64,000 bases of DNA from an uncultured virus (IMG/VR IMGVR_UViG_2778261562_000001) (IMGVR_UViG_2778261562_000001); one strand, 5' to 3'. Counted from the first letter of the stretch, positions 50,201-58,426 are shown. Notes: a model not told the origin generated them from the letters alone. Made by a program: numbers and translations.

Positions 50201-53200
50201 AGAGAGTATGTAAGACTTAAAAAACTTGCAGAAGATTCTCTTACTGATTTTAATATTTATCAAATAAACGAAACTTTAATAAGTCAATTTCCTGTAGAGG
50301 GTGAAGTTGATACTGATTTGTATTTGGAAATTAGTACAGAAGAATTAAGAAATAATATTTCTGAACCTAATAATGAAGTACAACAGCAAGTATTAAACTT
50401 GTTTCAATTTTTGACTGGTAAAGGTAAAGAGTTACAACAGATTCAATCTAGTTTAAATACCTTTAATGCAGGTATAGGTAAAAACTTGTTTTATTCTTTA
50501 GCTAAAGAAAAGCAATTTAGAGAGATAAGTTATCTTAATGGTTATACTAATTTAGAGAAGCTTATAGGTAACTTTATTGAACTAAATTTAGCTAGTACAG
50601 AATCTAGTCCATTTAGAGAACAATGGGAGCAAGCTGTGACCGATGGTACGCAAAAAGCGTTCTTATCCGAATTAATTGAAGGTGGTTATGTTCTTTTAGA
50701 AAGTCCTATCAACATGGTTGATGGTAAGCCTAAATATAAGAACAATATCAAGCTTATAGAGCCTACTACCATTATTGGAGCATCTACTGCTTATGCTACT
50801 ATATTTAACAATATTCTATGGAAAGATTTTTTCCCCTATAGAAATGCTAAAGTGTTACATGCAGTCGATAGTTTGAAAGCCATTTATGGAATCAAAGGTA
50901 CAGGTGTAGCAGAAGAAGCTGAACTTACTCAAAGTACTTTTAGATATTTAAAGAGTTTTATTAGTTCAGGTAGTGCAGAAGTTATTACTGATGGTAGTAT
51001 TGAAGAGGAAAGAGCACGTTTATTTATAGATACTGAAGATAATCAATCTTTAGCAACTATAGTAAAAGACGTTATGGAAAAAGGTCTAATTAACAATATA
51101 TTTATGGATAGATTGGAATTAGATATTAGGAAAGAAGTATTACCTAGTACTATTAAGTTTAGAGCAAATGTAGCTGAAAATATAGATGAAAAAGCTTTAT
51201 ATACTGCTTTTTATTCTATGTTTACTAATGATAGAGGGTTAGGTAAATATAACGGTATAGATTATACTGTTAAAAGTTTAGCTCAAGATTTAGTAACAGC
51301 ACAGTTGTTAGCAGGTGGTATTCAAGGTGCTAATCAATTTATTAAGTATATTCCTATAAACTATTTAAATGCTTTAGGTTTCTATAATGAAAACAATAAA
51401 CGTATTAAGGATTTCCAAGTCAACCAATTGATTGAACAAAGTTTCCAACATAATCCTAATTTAGTTTATAGTAGACTAGTAGAAAGGGATATAAAAGATG
51501 GAGAAGCAACACTTAATGGTAATATTATTAAATATATAAATGATTCTGATGAAGATATTAGAAGCAGTTATATAAGTTTACCTGATAATAATAAAATCAA
51601 AAGATTTAGATTATTTAAGTATAATTTTGATTCTAAAGAATATTATGAAATTAGTACTTTAGGAAACAAAGATTTCTTAGAATATTCTTATGATACAGAA
51701 AACGCTACATCTATTATTCCTGATAATAATCCTAATATTCAATATGTTTTACCTAGTGTAGAAGATTTGAATTTAGATAAAGGTGAAGATACTTCTAGTG
51801 AAGTGATTGCTCCTAAAGAAACTTCTATATTTAAAAAGTATGATGTTAAGCAAGGAGATGTTAAGTCTATATCTAATGTTTTAGAAATTATTGCTGAGAC
51901 TAGTAGAACACCTGCTAATAAAGTATTAGCACAAACTCTATTAGAGCATAGCAATAAGATAGCTGATTACAGTTTAGTAATTGCTCCGTTCTCTCCTTTT
52001 AAAGGGAATCATAGTTACAATGATAAAGCTATCTATTTAAATCCTAATGAACTTGAAACTGAAAAAGAGTTTGAAGAGATTTACTTAGAAGAAGTTATTC
52101 ATGCTTATACTAAAAAAGCTATTGTAGAGAATAAGAATGGTGAGATTAACCGTCTTAAAGGTTTTAGAAGTAAAGCTAAAGAAGCTGTTATTGCTTATTT
52201 GAAGAAAGAGAATCCTGATATGTCAGATTTTGAGATTGAAGGTAAATTCGTTGTTCTTGATAGTAAAATTAAAAATGGCAGACCTTTAACTTCAGAAGAA
52301 GCTAATATCTTATATCCTTTATATAATGATGAGGAATTTGTAGGTAGATTATTTAAGTCTAAAAAATTACAGGAAATTTTAAATGATGTAGAAGTAGAGG
52401 ATAAAAGTCTATGGGATAGTATTAAAGATTTTATTAAAGATATTCTTAATTCATTAGGTATGAATATTAAGAAAGGCTCTTTATTAGAGTATTCTATGTT
52501 AGAATCTATTAGTTTAATAAAATCTGAACCATCTGATGCAGTTAAGCAAGAGTTGAAAGATGTTAACCCTAAGATACGTACTCTTGAATGGGTTAAACAA
52601 ACTTATAACATTGAAAATGCTTCTGAAGAAGACTTACCTAATATAGTTAAAAGTATTAATGAAAACATTAGTAATGTTGAAGCTACTTTAACTAAAGAAG
52701 GATTAAGTCTTAAATTCAGAAAAGATTTTGCACCTACGGTAGAAAGAGCAGGTAAGAGAGGTTCTTATAAAGAGCATATTGATAGAAGGATGAAAGACCT
52801 TAATTCTACTATTAATAAATTAGAAGCACAAAATAAATATGATGAAGCTACTAAATATAAAATAGAATTATATGACCTCGAAACTAGGTTTCCTGCTATT
52901 CTATCTTCTAATACTCTTACAGCCCTTCTTGCACAAGGCTTACAAGACTTACAGAGGATTGAAGAAATTTTTGAAAGGAATGTAACTGTTACTGATGCTG
53001 TTCTTATTAAGGAGATTACAGATTATTGGAGTAACTTAGATACTTTGTTATTTGAAGAAGATGATTTATCTAGTTCTGTAATACCTGAATTTAGACAATT
53101 AGAAAACAGAGCTAAAAGACTTGCTAAACAACTTCATAGATATGAAGAAAAGCATGCTGAAGATTTGATGAAAAAGTATGGTGACTTTACTACTGTAAAG

Positions 53201-56125
53201 GATATATTTGATTATTATCAAGATATTAATAAAGCTCAAAGTTTAACTCTTGATATTAGTAGGTATGATAACCCTTTACTAAGTTCTATGCTGATTAATC
53301 TTAAAGATGCTAACAATCAAGCTATAGACGAAAGTAAAGCTATGCTTAAAGATTTGGAAGAGCAAGAAAAAGCTGTTAGAAGTACTCTTAAAAATCTAGG
53401 ATTTAATGATAAGAACTTATTTGATATTTATCGTCAAAAAGATGATAAAGGTAGATTTACTGGTCATATCATTAAACGATACAGTATTAAATACCTTAAA
53501 GATAGAGGTAAGTATTGGAGATTTTTAAATGCTAATAATAATGCTTCTAGTTACGTAGGTTATTTAGCTTGGGCCCAAAAAGACTCTAAGGATATAGATT
53601 TAAATCGATTGTTCCCTGTAAATGGAAAGACAGAGGACACAGATAATTACATCGCTGAACTTAAAGCTGAAATGGGTGAGAATCATTTTAAGGAATATTA
53701 TAAAGCTCAAAGTAAACAAATAGAGCGTTATAATAACGAACGTCAAAGTTATGTTCAAAATCTTTTAAATCTTAACAATGTTAAACATATTAAAGATTTA
53801 GAAAGTCCTAGTGCTATTTATGCTTTAAATAAATGGATTGCCACACATTCTCCTTATAAGTTCTTACAACAGAAGAAGAACGGTTTAAATGAATCTGAAG
53901 GCAGTTATCCTAACTTTAATAACCATAAATATGTTACTTTAGTTCCTAAGAATGATGAAGGATATGATAGTGATTTTGGTACTATTGAAAACAATGATAC
54001 TCTTTATAAGTTTTATAACTATTATCAAAATATTGATAAACAACTTCAAAATTTATTACCTGAGAAGGAAAGAGTTAATTTAGCTTATAACGGTATTCCT
54101 TATCTTTCTAATTTAGCTATGAATGCTTATAGAGAGAAAGGTATGAAAGCTGGATTAAATCCTATTAGAGATGCTATTACTAAATCAATACGTATTTCTA
54201 ATCTAGGTAAACAAGATGTTAATCCTGTTAATGATAGAGTTTATCGTGATGTAGATGTTAATCTTACTAGAGACAATTCTGAAGAGATTAGAAGACATAT
54301 TACTTTAAATACCATTCAATATCAAGAAGATAACAATGGTAAAAATCCTAGTGAAGATATTGTTAGTGAATGGATAGCTGAAAAGAGACACGAGTTATCT
54401 CAAAAGCAGTCTTATGATTTACCTGCTGTACTTAGAATGTATTCTATGAGTACATTACTATATACACATAAAGCACGTATTGAAGATAATGTTAAGTTAA
54501 TTCAGAACATTATGGAAAGACAATCTGAAGTACGTAGAGACGCTAGTGGAGAAGTTGTAACTAGAGACGATGGATATGCTGATATTAGAGAACCTTCTAA
54601 TAGTTTCAAAAACACTAAAAATGCTTTAGATTATACTGTTAAAAATTTCTATGGTATTACTAAAGAAAATGAAGGTGTTAGAAAGAAAAAAGCATATACT
54701 ACTGAAGAGAAGAAAACTCTTAAAGAAATAGAGGATAAGCGTTTAGCTTTAGATACTATGCTACAATCTGGTGCTATTACTCAAGAAGATTATGATACTA
54801 AATCTAATCGTCTTGATGCTTTAGAGAAGAAGATTGGTGGAGTTCAAGTTTGGAGTAGATATGGTGATTCTTTACTAAAATATGTTCAATTGAAAGGTAT
54901 GGGGTGGAACTTTATGAGTTCTATTGCTAACATTGGATTTGGACTTATTAGTAACTATGTAGAAGCTGCTGGAGGTTTACTTTATAGTAGAAAAAGTCTT
55001 AATAAAGGTTATGCTATGGTAAGACATAGTATTAAGAAGAGTGCTTCTTTTAACACTTTAAAAGATGATACTGGTATGAAGATTAGTAATCTTATGGATA
55101 AATGGGATGTACTTAAAGATGCTAGTACTGAACTTTATGATAATCCATTAGATATTAAACTTAGTAGAAAACACTCTTGGTTAGAGCCTTACAATCTTAC
55201 TAAGCGTAGTGAGTTCTTAAACCAAGCTCCTTTAATGGTTGCTTTGATGCTTGATAAAACTGTTGATGTTAACGGTAAAGCTGTTAGTATTTGGGATGGT
55301 TTTGATACTGAAGGTAATTGGAATACTAAAGAGTTTGGGCCTGAACCTAAAGCTGTTCTAAACAAACTTAGATTAAAGCTTGACCAAGTTATTAAACAAA
55401 ATCATGGTAACTATGACCCTGTTTCATCTTTATCTATTAAAGATAAGTTTTTAGGTAGAGCAGTTAGTCAGTTTAGAACTTGGATGTTTGAAGGTGTTGC
55501 TAATAGATTTGAAGGTAAGAAATATGATGCTCTATTAGAAGAATACCGTAAAGGTAGGTATAGGACACTTATGGAATATGCAGGTGAAAATGGCCTAGCG
55601 ACACTCCTTCCTGTTTTAAAGGGAATAGTAAGAAGTATGACTTTTGGTAAAGTATTTAAGGATGCTAACTTTAATGAAATTATCGGTAAAGGTGAGTTCA
55701 GTGAAGTAGATGCTGCAAACCTTAGAAAACTTATGTCTGAAGTAGTTATGTATATATCTATTTATAGTTCTTATCTACTTCTTAAAACTGTTGCAGGTGA
55801 ACTTGATGATGAAGATGATATGAGTAAGTATGTTATTAATAACCTTATTAATCAAAGTTTAAGGCTTAAAACAGATATTATTTTCTATCTTAATCCTAAT
55901 GAGTTCCAAAATCTTATTAGGGATTTGATACCGATTATGTCAATAATAAGCGATACTGGCGAGTGGCTAGGTGCGGTTTCTAAAGCTGTACAGGGCGAAG
56001 ATACTTTAGGTACAGGGGTTTATGCCGGAAAGAGTAGATTGATGCGTGAGAGTGCTCAAATGCTGCCATTTGGCTCCCAAGGTTATAAGGTATTTAATTA
56101 CTCGATTCAGACTTTTGACCGTTAA
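41270..56125 (+). CDS. Giant virion-packaged RNA polymerase polyprotein
   Basis: GFRIPTQG and GSDFDIDKL (DxDxD at 49553-49567), ADAQEY; N-terminal Gly/Ala hydrophobic region; zincin-like EEVIH; C-terminal QFRTW LPD-like region. Confidence 0.9.
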   Translation: MRNLDINKQAAPDGNIFKKKGTNIGGIVNPIKEDAFLDTGETKYVNTQEYKDYTQTSGRGETAFPFQSDYNRSRALNQSNWEQFGHATGRLLPNTVLEIVNQTASILDVEDYFNADNEVGNWLSTWATEAKAAVDESMPIYQENPGEALQVGDFAWWMENGTNLVQSASAFAALGYATGGASLAGLTKGAKALKWLQTLGKSSAIGNKGKQAVQGLSALSNAALLNHAEGYGIGVQVFNETYNKSLERLAQEGGLSPEEMDTKAREEAAARAESAMNFNKVNILLNLSSASLFLKAPKLTRQSLTAPALSKSFKRAGIEGLQESAEESINMIAENQAMDDEYDFNTALNDVFSKEGAEAALLGFIGGAGQTGLTLSGRALPIYRDANGNRVSQNDQLRMQVVDQEKALQDWDAMSKADKFTSVTDAYLNAEQHAKKMQEFREAEANNDTAKMDSIKKDMLFNQAYNAFNTGTTEQLLEVFQGISKLTPEEAEAKGLDPKTYKNQSSDAINQIETLEGFYNEASAYRNREEVFFTKSQLESVRERAEDLNRFKQDLVRIQEKEFNDLGLDRSISFLDKDGNIVENAQEDSKGNIRGLNEVNSTRVKSLPSYKALQSINNAIENNSESRGQLVSKLSHITSSEYQNQLRENSKRRKVRTKVESNENKSKAKKAEEKAASKAKKANMKKEVAQTKATEKVNTPEKRFEKFVEEQQNKPTPKETPVASTTKAEAPLTVSFSPNRGEANSEGAINGIFEKSINDILKSKASNREKASQLEKAFTGFKDKINTGITFPESTVNQMNLQLPNIITSLKARADEDERAQGAVNAAKDKLKEKIGELSVELLSEEPVYSDDAAPLNTNKDKQLRQTEMMIDLIEAADAAGIDTGNFKELATYVKEILGESDFSRIYPKFKGLYILASGKDVNESYETLFLNQDEKAEILVDDEKIANSALPIEVYNIFEGEILKELEEQHKKFIASQGYSFYKNDSLDLRGTTWEEGHNLIAHLDMKYRRAVDVATTDKFNVLNFNLSKQDLDNKLNENYDSAMLDYNEINEGSEVTFIPLDQVVYEDGSIARADGSIERNGEVTKGSPLYNAPIGMMYQGRIVSGAFLHLPDWINADNLRGENLAEQKQALIKYRQKILNSPEGVTTRISRRTDGIPLVDKDGIKNKTSETMAEANIAIGRDKQFYTDSESTVDIKNYEAYDGRVYATFPVNKGVEFATPLQMQPLSENQEIVDTIKNAVELYLNNNANDSKVNRIRSEMGLDITTLDGLKSFLSKFIYVDGRRLNKATFEDYVNSLEDDKPIIQITDYTINFGIGGNWGNTITVLDRNRINNTNVGRDERSFMVKDVLTKLEKTLKRNMTLNADMASLNESFKLPTIGEQVTFKSYNNYNDFVKEHSYTSNYSVTLDNGTVIYTVQPSLFFEMNTIPNIKTTEAPSETYDNLDEEDDLGIEEDLLGDFAPRVLTEGQEEAFNLTAPDNLIIEGVPIGLQEVIAQHVSSMIVDKYLKGDKNAFKYLYDFKDRLSKDGYEKNPNGTDKLSYLTKAKLQFEKTGDKKYRKNIEITQAVIDNYPILAQRAIEKLQTLNNLKFEGNVLQVIYDEIEEGIETFQEEDTQVEIFGNTIELEEEVINRETWSSDAVFAEDPRSKISIKVKNLLSTIRDVNPDTIENTTQVYGMEKILPLDTVVNDVTSVLAYNNFTSEKVSEPSLDVMLQLLEDESIRKPYFKNVIETLKNADKQAQNQFVRVMSKHYTHHKYGFKMGNKIVFRNSDTNGVNNVIQNKWLSGLYASDLVVVKDNIATIDADALAKANEIRNTIVEELEGTSPDYNKVSKFFNSLGLDIDSKLAKTINTDGVIINKRRQVLTNVLDDSDGFLNVYLKNLKGLVGKDLEENHPFEDVGVVNEFARGIARLSPNYYINSFKDVRGRTYYGYSNNKFLVDRFKELKTDSVLLDELSKQPFSKNSLLLERLKNPNNHKYFNYYTIDGYSSIGRKGRKFENLSPAEQEEFKISLFLSQSKYSTNKRYIVNTLYPTTSDKSVMYGYSSLGIDFTNGVVKGQLTRPYLKALFERTVQSEVDRILAYQLNPDKYNYAGTNIGAGMFILFPELNTINELWHIENGQRQLKDLNTDIRLKNLAIDKFGEFVKTLTDDKIQAWKNFGFTEVVQDFGWDETRGNYVINRTILKYARKNKVEDTKPLSAEAYNYVANYLMANMNMYQLFITDPAHYFKSKQFKEVLNKLEKSNPEAFEDISTIEDSKLQRQALLEYYTESDFIQEHNDTFDNIGKRLAADVAPGTDIPEGHKSYFNIYHASDIIESSDFYKEYEKILKDKAKDYQRINVADAQEYTTLEEHLNIMEMNGDISANDKSRLLRAEELDKLSEDDLQLVLQPMKPRYVYNKWKNGVERRIYIKSSSFPLIKQLTKGLRIDDLRKDMIDKSIDRIVFDSALKVGGLESPAPLFLEGNFVGLQESAMMKGLSRTGMKIQQEIPTKDKSTITNPTQLVALITSQVRNEDGFEYSGRSYKGEAISDMINDYYLDLYKRKYTDLLKELDFNPIDSTIKIDKIQRILKDEGVARGWSLYDLKALDINENDFTVPLWQTGVSSKIESMLNSIVDNRIRKHKPRGQSYVLGSEAGMEIKEQTSEDSVTKLGVVYDNDWLKNSGGKLRPMRVTDGVVQPAEVFAPFKFFDNAGNKLKLKEFTAPDGTIDISKLPDELLTSLGFRIPTQGLKSMAYIKIVGFLPEASGDLLIAPKEFIVQMGSDFDIDKLYALTYNSSYVDGKLSKYIKSPKEDGDSIKEIDNELLDLYLSVLKNPSSKVQKRILTPLEFGRLPELGNEIYDQVKKANKGIGLSEEYQLYKYNNARAGKAGIGVFSNDMRLMATLVGSGVEMVTSKGNQFKFKIGDNSSVPLHQDTTNTGKLLKTEVIEYFQSLSVDNENEQGLHKLNINNHTFDAIRALALNGFEEDVISYVINQPIIREYVRLKKLAEDSLTDFNIYQINETLISQFPVEGEVDTDLYLEISTEELRNNISEPNNEVQQQVLNLFQFLTGKGKELQQIQSSLNTFNAGIGKNLFYSLAKEKQFREISYLNGYTNLEKLIGNFIELNLASTESSPFREQWEQAVTDGTQKAFLSELIEGGYVLLESPINMVDGKPKYKNNIKLIEPTTIIGASTAYATIFNNILWKDFFPYRNAKVLHAVDSLKAIYGIKGTGVAEEAELTQSTFRYLKSFISSGSAEVITDGSIEEERARLFIDTEDNQSLATIVKDVMEKGLINNIFMDRLELDIRKEVLPSTIKFRANVAENIDEKALYTAFYSMFTNDRGLGKYNGIDYTVKSLAQDLVTAQLLAGGIQGANQFIKYIPINYLNALGFYNENNKRIKDFQVNQLIEQSFQHNPNLVYSRLVERDIKDGEATLNGNIIKYINDSDEDIRSSYISLPDNNKIKRFRLFKYNFDSKEYYEISTLGNKDFLEYSYDTENATSIIPDNNPNIQYVLPSVEDLNLDKGEDTSSEVIAPKETSIFKKYDVKQGDVKSISNVLEIIAETSRTPANKVLAQTLLEHSNKIADYSLVIAPFSPFKGNHSYNDKAIYLNPNELETEKEFEEIYLEEVIHAYTKKAIVENKNGEINRLKGFRSKAKEAVIAYLKKENPDMSDFEIEGKFVVLDSKIKNGRPLTSEEANILYPLYNDEEFVGRLFKSKKLQEILNDVEVEDKSLWDSIKDFIKDILNSLGMNIKKGSLLEYSMLESISLIKSEPSDAVKQELKDVNPKIRTLEWVKQTYNIENASEEDLPNIVKSINENISNVEATLTKEGLSLKFRKDFAPTVERAGKRGSYKEHIDRRMKDLNSTINKLEAQNKYDEATKYKIELYDLETRFPAILSSNTLTALLAQGLQDLQRIEEIFERNVTVTDAVLIKEITDYWSNLDTLLFEEDDLSSSVIPEFRQLENRAKRLAKQLHRYEEKHAEDLMKKYGDFTTVKDIFDYYQDINKAQSLTLDISRYDNPLLSSMLINLKDANNQAIDESKAMLKDLEEQEKAVRSTLKNLGFNDKNLFDIYRQKDDKGRFTGHIIKRYSIKYLKDRGKYWRFLNANNNASSYVGYLAWAQKDSKDIDLNRLFPVNGKTEDTDNYIAELKAEMGENHFKEYYKAQSKQIERYNNERQSYVQNLLNLNNVKHIKDLESPSAIYALNKWIATHSPYKFLQQKKNGLNESEGSYPNFNNHKYVTLVPKNDEGYDSDFGTIENNDTLYKFYNYYQNIDKQLQNLLPEKERVNLAYNGIPYLSNLAMNAYREKGMKAGLNPIRDAITKSIRISNLGKQDVNPVNDRVYRDVDVNLTRDNSEEIRRHITLNTIQYQEDNNGKNPSEDIVSEWIAEKRHELSQKQSYDLPAVLRMYSMSTLLYTHKARIEDNVKLIQNIMERQSEVRRDASGEVVTRDDGYADIREPSNSFKNTKNALDYTVKNFYGITKENEGVRKKKAYTTEEKKTLKEIEDKRLALDTMLQSGAITQEDYDTKSNRLDALEKKIGGVQVWSRYGDSLLKYVQLKGMGWNFMSSIANIGFGLISNYVEAAGGLLYSRKSLNKGYAMVRHSIKKSASFNTLKDDTGMKISNLMDKWDVLKDASTELYDNPLDIKLSRKHSWLEPYNLTKRSEFLNQAPLMVALMLDKTVDVNGKAVSIWDGFDTEGNWNTKEFGPEPKAVLNKLRLKLDQVIKQNHGNYDPVSSLSIKDKFLGRAVSQFRTWMFEGVANRFEGKKYDALLEEYRKGRYRTLMEYAGENGLATLLPVLKGIVRSMTFGKVFKDANFNEIIGKGEFSEVDAANLRKLMSEVVMYISIYSSYLLLKTVAGELDDEDDMSKYVINNLINQSLRLKTDIIFYLNPNEFQNLIRDLIPIMSIISDTGEWLGAVSKAVQGEDTLGTGVYAGKSRLMRESAQMLPFGSQGYKVFNYSIQTFDR

Positions 56126-56162
56126 TCTATTCTATATTCGATAAAGATTTGTATCTTTATAT

Positions 56163-56200
56163 AAAATTTAGAGATATGGAAAATTTAGAGATATGGAAAA
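56163..56200 (+). repeat. 17-bp tandem duplication at the HNH gene start
   Basis: AAAATTTAGAGATATGG twice (56163-56179, 56180-56196) plus AAAA. Confidence 0.85.
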
Positions 56201-56718
56201 GTGTTAAAAATTATGAAACTTTATATGAAGTCAGTAATTTAGGTAGAGTTAGAAGTTTAGACAGAACTATAATTCGTAAAGATGGTATTAAAAGTAAAAG
56301 TTATGGTAAACTTCTTAAACCAGGTTTAAGTAGTAATGGTTATTTAACAGTTAATTTATCTTTAAATGGTAAGGTTAAAAATAGAACAATACATACTTTA
56401 GTAGGAGAAGCTTTTTTAAATTATATTAAAAAAGGATATACACAAGTTATAGATCATAAAGATAATAACAAATTAAATAATAGATTAGATAATTTAAAAA
56501 TCTTATCTAATCGAGAAAATACTTCAAAAGAAATAGCTAGAGGAGAATCTCAATATGTAGGAGTACATAAGCTTAAAAGTACAAGTAAAGGTATTAGAAA
56601 AGTTAAGCCTATAAACAAACCTTGGGTAGCTAGTATTTATAAAAACAAAAAGAAAAAAGTTATAGGAAGATTTGAAACAGAATATGAAGCTCATTTAGCT
56701 TATCAAGCTTGTTTATAA
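56176..56718 (+). CDS. Free-standing NUMOD4-HNH-AP2 homing endonuclease
   Basis: EIWKSVKNYE.LYEVSNLGRVRS (NUMOD4), IDHKDNNKLNNRLDNL (HNH), YVGV..WVASI..GRFETEYEAHLAY (AP2-like). Confidence 0.9.
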   Translation: MENLEIWKSVKNYETLYEVSNLGRVRSLDRTIIRKDGIKSKSYGKLLKPGLSSNGYLTVNLSLNGKVKNRTIHTLVGEAFLNYIKKGYTQVIDHKDNNKLNNRLDNLKILSNRENTSKEIARGESQYVGVHKLKSTSKGIRKVKPINKPWVASIYKNKKKKVIGRFETEYEAHLAYQACL

Positions 56719-56780
56719 GGATTAATTTTGTATCTTAGCGGTATCTTCTATGGATTCTGTAATGTGTATTTAAGTAAAGT

Positions 56781-56810
56781 AAAAGCCTTTGAGTAATCAA
56801 AGGCTTTTTT
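56781..56810. terminator. Bidirectional terminator at the convergence of the two genome arms
   Basis: AAAAGCCTTTGA-GTAA-TCAAAGGCTTTT with A/T runs on both sides. Confidence 0.85.
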
Positions 56811-56822
56811 CATTTTCAATAC

Positions 56823-57251
56823 TTACTTAATTCTAGGAAGAATATAAGGTCTAACAGGCACTTTTTTATACCCTTTTTTATTCTTAGAAGTAGGTCTAAG
56901 AACTCTGGAAGTAAATTCATTACCTATAGTAACTTTATTTTTCCTAACAGGTTTAATAGTAACAACAGTATTAACAATCTCATTAGTATCGGAAAATTTA
57001 AACCTTAAATTATCAAAATTAACATAAGGATTTCCATGACGTAACTCTTTTTCTAATTTTTGCACAGTATTAAGCAAATCACTTCTTTCCTCTTCCATTG
57101 ATTGTAATCTCATAGAAAGTTTACGAATTTCAAGACCTCTAACAACATAAGAGTTTTTATAATTGGATTTACAATCCCATAAATAGATACATAAAGCTAT
57201 TAATATACCGCATACTATTATTAAAATTGTTAAAAGAAGTTCTTCATTCAT
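56823..57251 (-). CDS. Hypothetical membrane-anchored coiled-coil protein
   Basis: N-terminal TM segment, coiled coil, basic tail. Confidence 0.65.
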   Translation of the reverse strand: MNEELLLTILIIVCGILIALCIYLWDCKSNYKNSYVVRGLEIRKLSMRLQSMEEERSDLLNTVQKLEKELRHGNPYVNFDNLRFKFSDTNEIVNTVVTIKPVRKNKVTIGNEFTSRVLRPTSKNKKGYKKVPVRPYILPRIK

Positions 57252-57951
57252 GGTTTAGTTCTTTAATTAATAAATCAGTTAAATCTACAGGTCTATAAAC
57301 AGAAGGTTTAAGAATTTTACCTGTAGATTTATTCTTAAACACCAATTTCTTCCCTACTACTTGAGTAATAACTCCTTCAGGATTACTTTCTTTTAGTTCA
57401 TCTACTAATTCTTTAATACGTTCTAAATTAGTAGTAGAATTAATTGCTTTACTCATATTAGAATCATGAACAAGATGTGTAGATTCTTCAAATACACTTT
57501 CTAAGTTAAAAGCAATAACTGCTCCATTGTTAACATAATCAATATCAACAAGAGCATCAAGTACAGATTTAATTCCTACAGGAATATTACTCTCATATAC
57601 TTTTTCTTGTAACTCGATATAAAGAGAATATATTTCCCCTTTAGAAATACCAAGTGCAGCAGCTAATTCAATCACTTCTTCAAGAAGTAATCTAACTCTA
57701 AGCATACTTTGGGTAAAAGTGGAAACATCATAACTAGACTCTTTAGGAACATCAAAAGTATCTGCAAACTCCTTAACATTCTCAAGAGAAGTATTAGGAA
57801 GATTATGGATAATTTGGTCTACTAATTGAGCCTTTTCACTAACAGTTAAATAACTGCTAAGTTCTTTACTAGTACCGGCAGTGGTTTCTAGTATCATATT
57901 ATCGGTTAATTCCAATAAATGTGTTGCTAGTTTTTCTTTGTCGAAATACAT
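57244..57951 (-). CDS. MazG-like NTP pyrophosphohydrolase (PRA-PH-like family)
   Basis: LLLEEVIEL, LDALVDIDYV, VHDSNMSK, GKILKP motifs. Confidence 0.85.
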   Translation of the reverse strand: MYFDKEKLATHLLELTDNMILETTAGTSKELSSYLTVSEKAQLVDQIIHNLPNTSLENVKEFADTFDVPKESSYDVSTFTQSMLRVRLLLEEVIELAAALGISKGEIYSLYIELQEKVYESNIPVGIKSVLDALVDIDYVNNGAVIAFNLESVFEESTHLVHDSNMSKAINSTTNLERIKELVDELKESNPEGVITQVVGKKLVFKNKSTGKILKPSVYRPVDLTDLLIKELNHE

Positions 57952-57952
57952 A

Positions 57953-58426
57953 TTAAAATTTAAGATTAAAAGTTATAGATTCTAAATACTCTAAAGCTTC
58001 TTCTCTAGTTTTTAGAGTCTCTAGTTTATCTAAAATAGTATTTAGATATTGGTCTGTACATATAAGACTTTCACTAATATCTACATGATGATGTAATTGC
58101 AACATATAGTTATTATTACTACTAAAAGAGTTTAAATGGCTATAAGTATTAATAGATTTATTTCTATTCCACATAGCATTTATAACTTTAACTTTATCTA
58201 CATCTTTATCCATAATAGTACCAATGATATAAATAAGTTGTCCTAACTCTTCAACTAACATCTTTCTATTAGTAGGTTTAACGTCTTCAGTATTAGTAGG
58301 GTCTACACTACTAAAACCGTGTCTTAAAATTTTACTAATAATCTTTTGAACTTCTGAACACTCTTCATTAAGTATGATAAGTCTTTCGAGTTCATCATTA
58401 GTTACAGGATATAAATCTTGATTCAT
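57953..58426 (-). CDS. MazG-like nucleotide pyrophosphohydrolase domain protein
   Basis: LNEECSEVQKIISKILRHG and LVEELGQL; start may be 58426 or 58444. Confidence 0.65.
   Translation of the reverse strand: MNQDLYPVTNDELERLIILNEECSEVQKIISKILRHGFSSVDPTNTEDVKPTNRKMLVEELGQLIYIIGTIMDKDVDKVKVINAMWNRNKSINTYSHLNSFSSNNNYMLQLHHHVDISESLICTDQYLNTILDKLETLKTREEALEYLESITFNLKF

Noticed and set aside
2570..51954. Numerous short antisense or alternative-frame ORFs in the track (e.g. 10545..10958, 22720..23082, 12207..12488)
   Set aside because: Nested in well-supported genes, with compositions expected of shadow frames and no motifs
242..56718. Stop-codon reassignment (TAG or TGA), known in some Crassvirales
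   Set aside because: Genes are long, intact and tightly packed in the standard code; TAG and TGA serve as normal stops (e.g. 29598, 30113, 20632)
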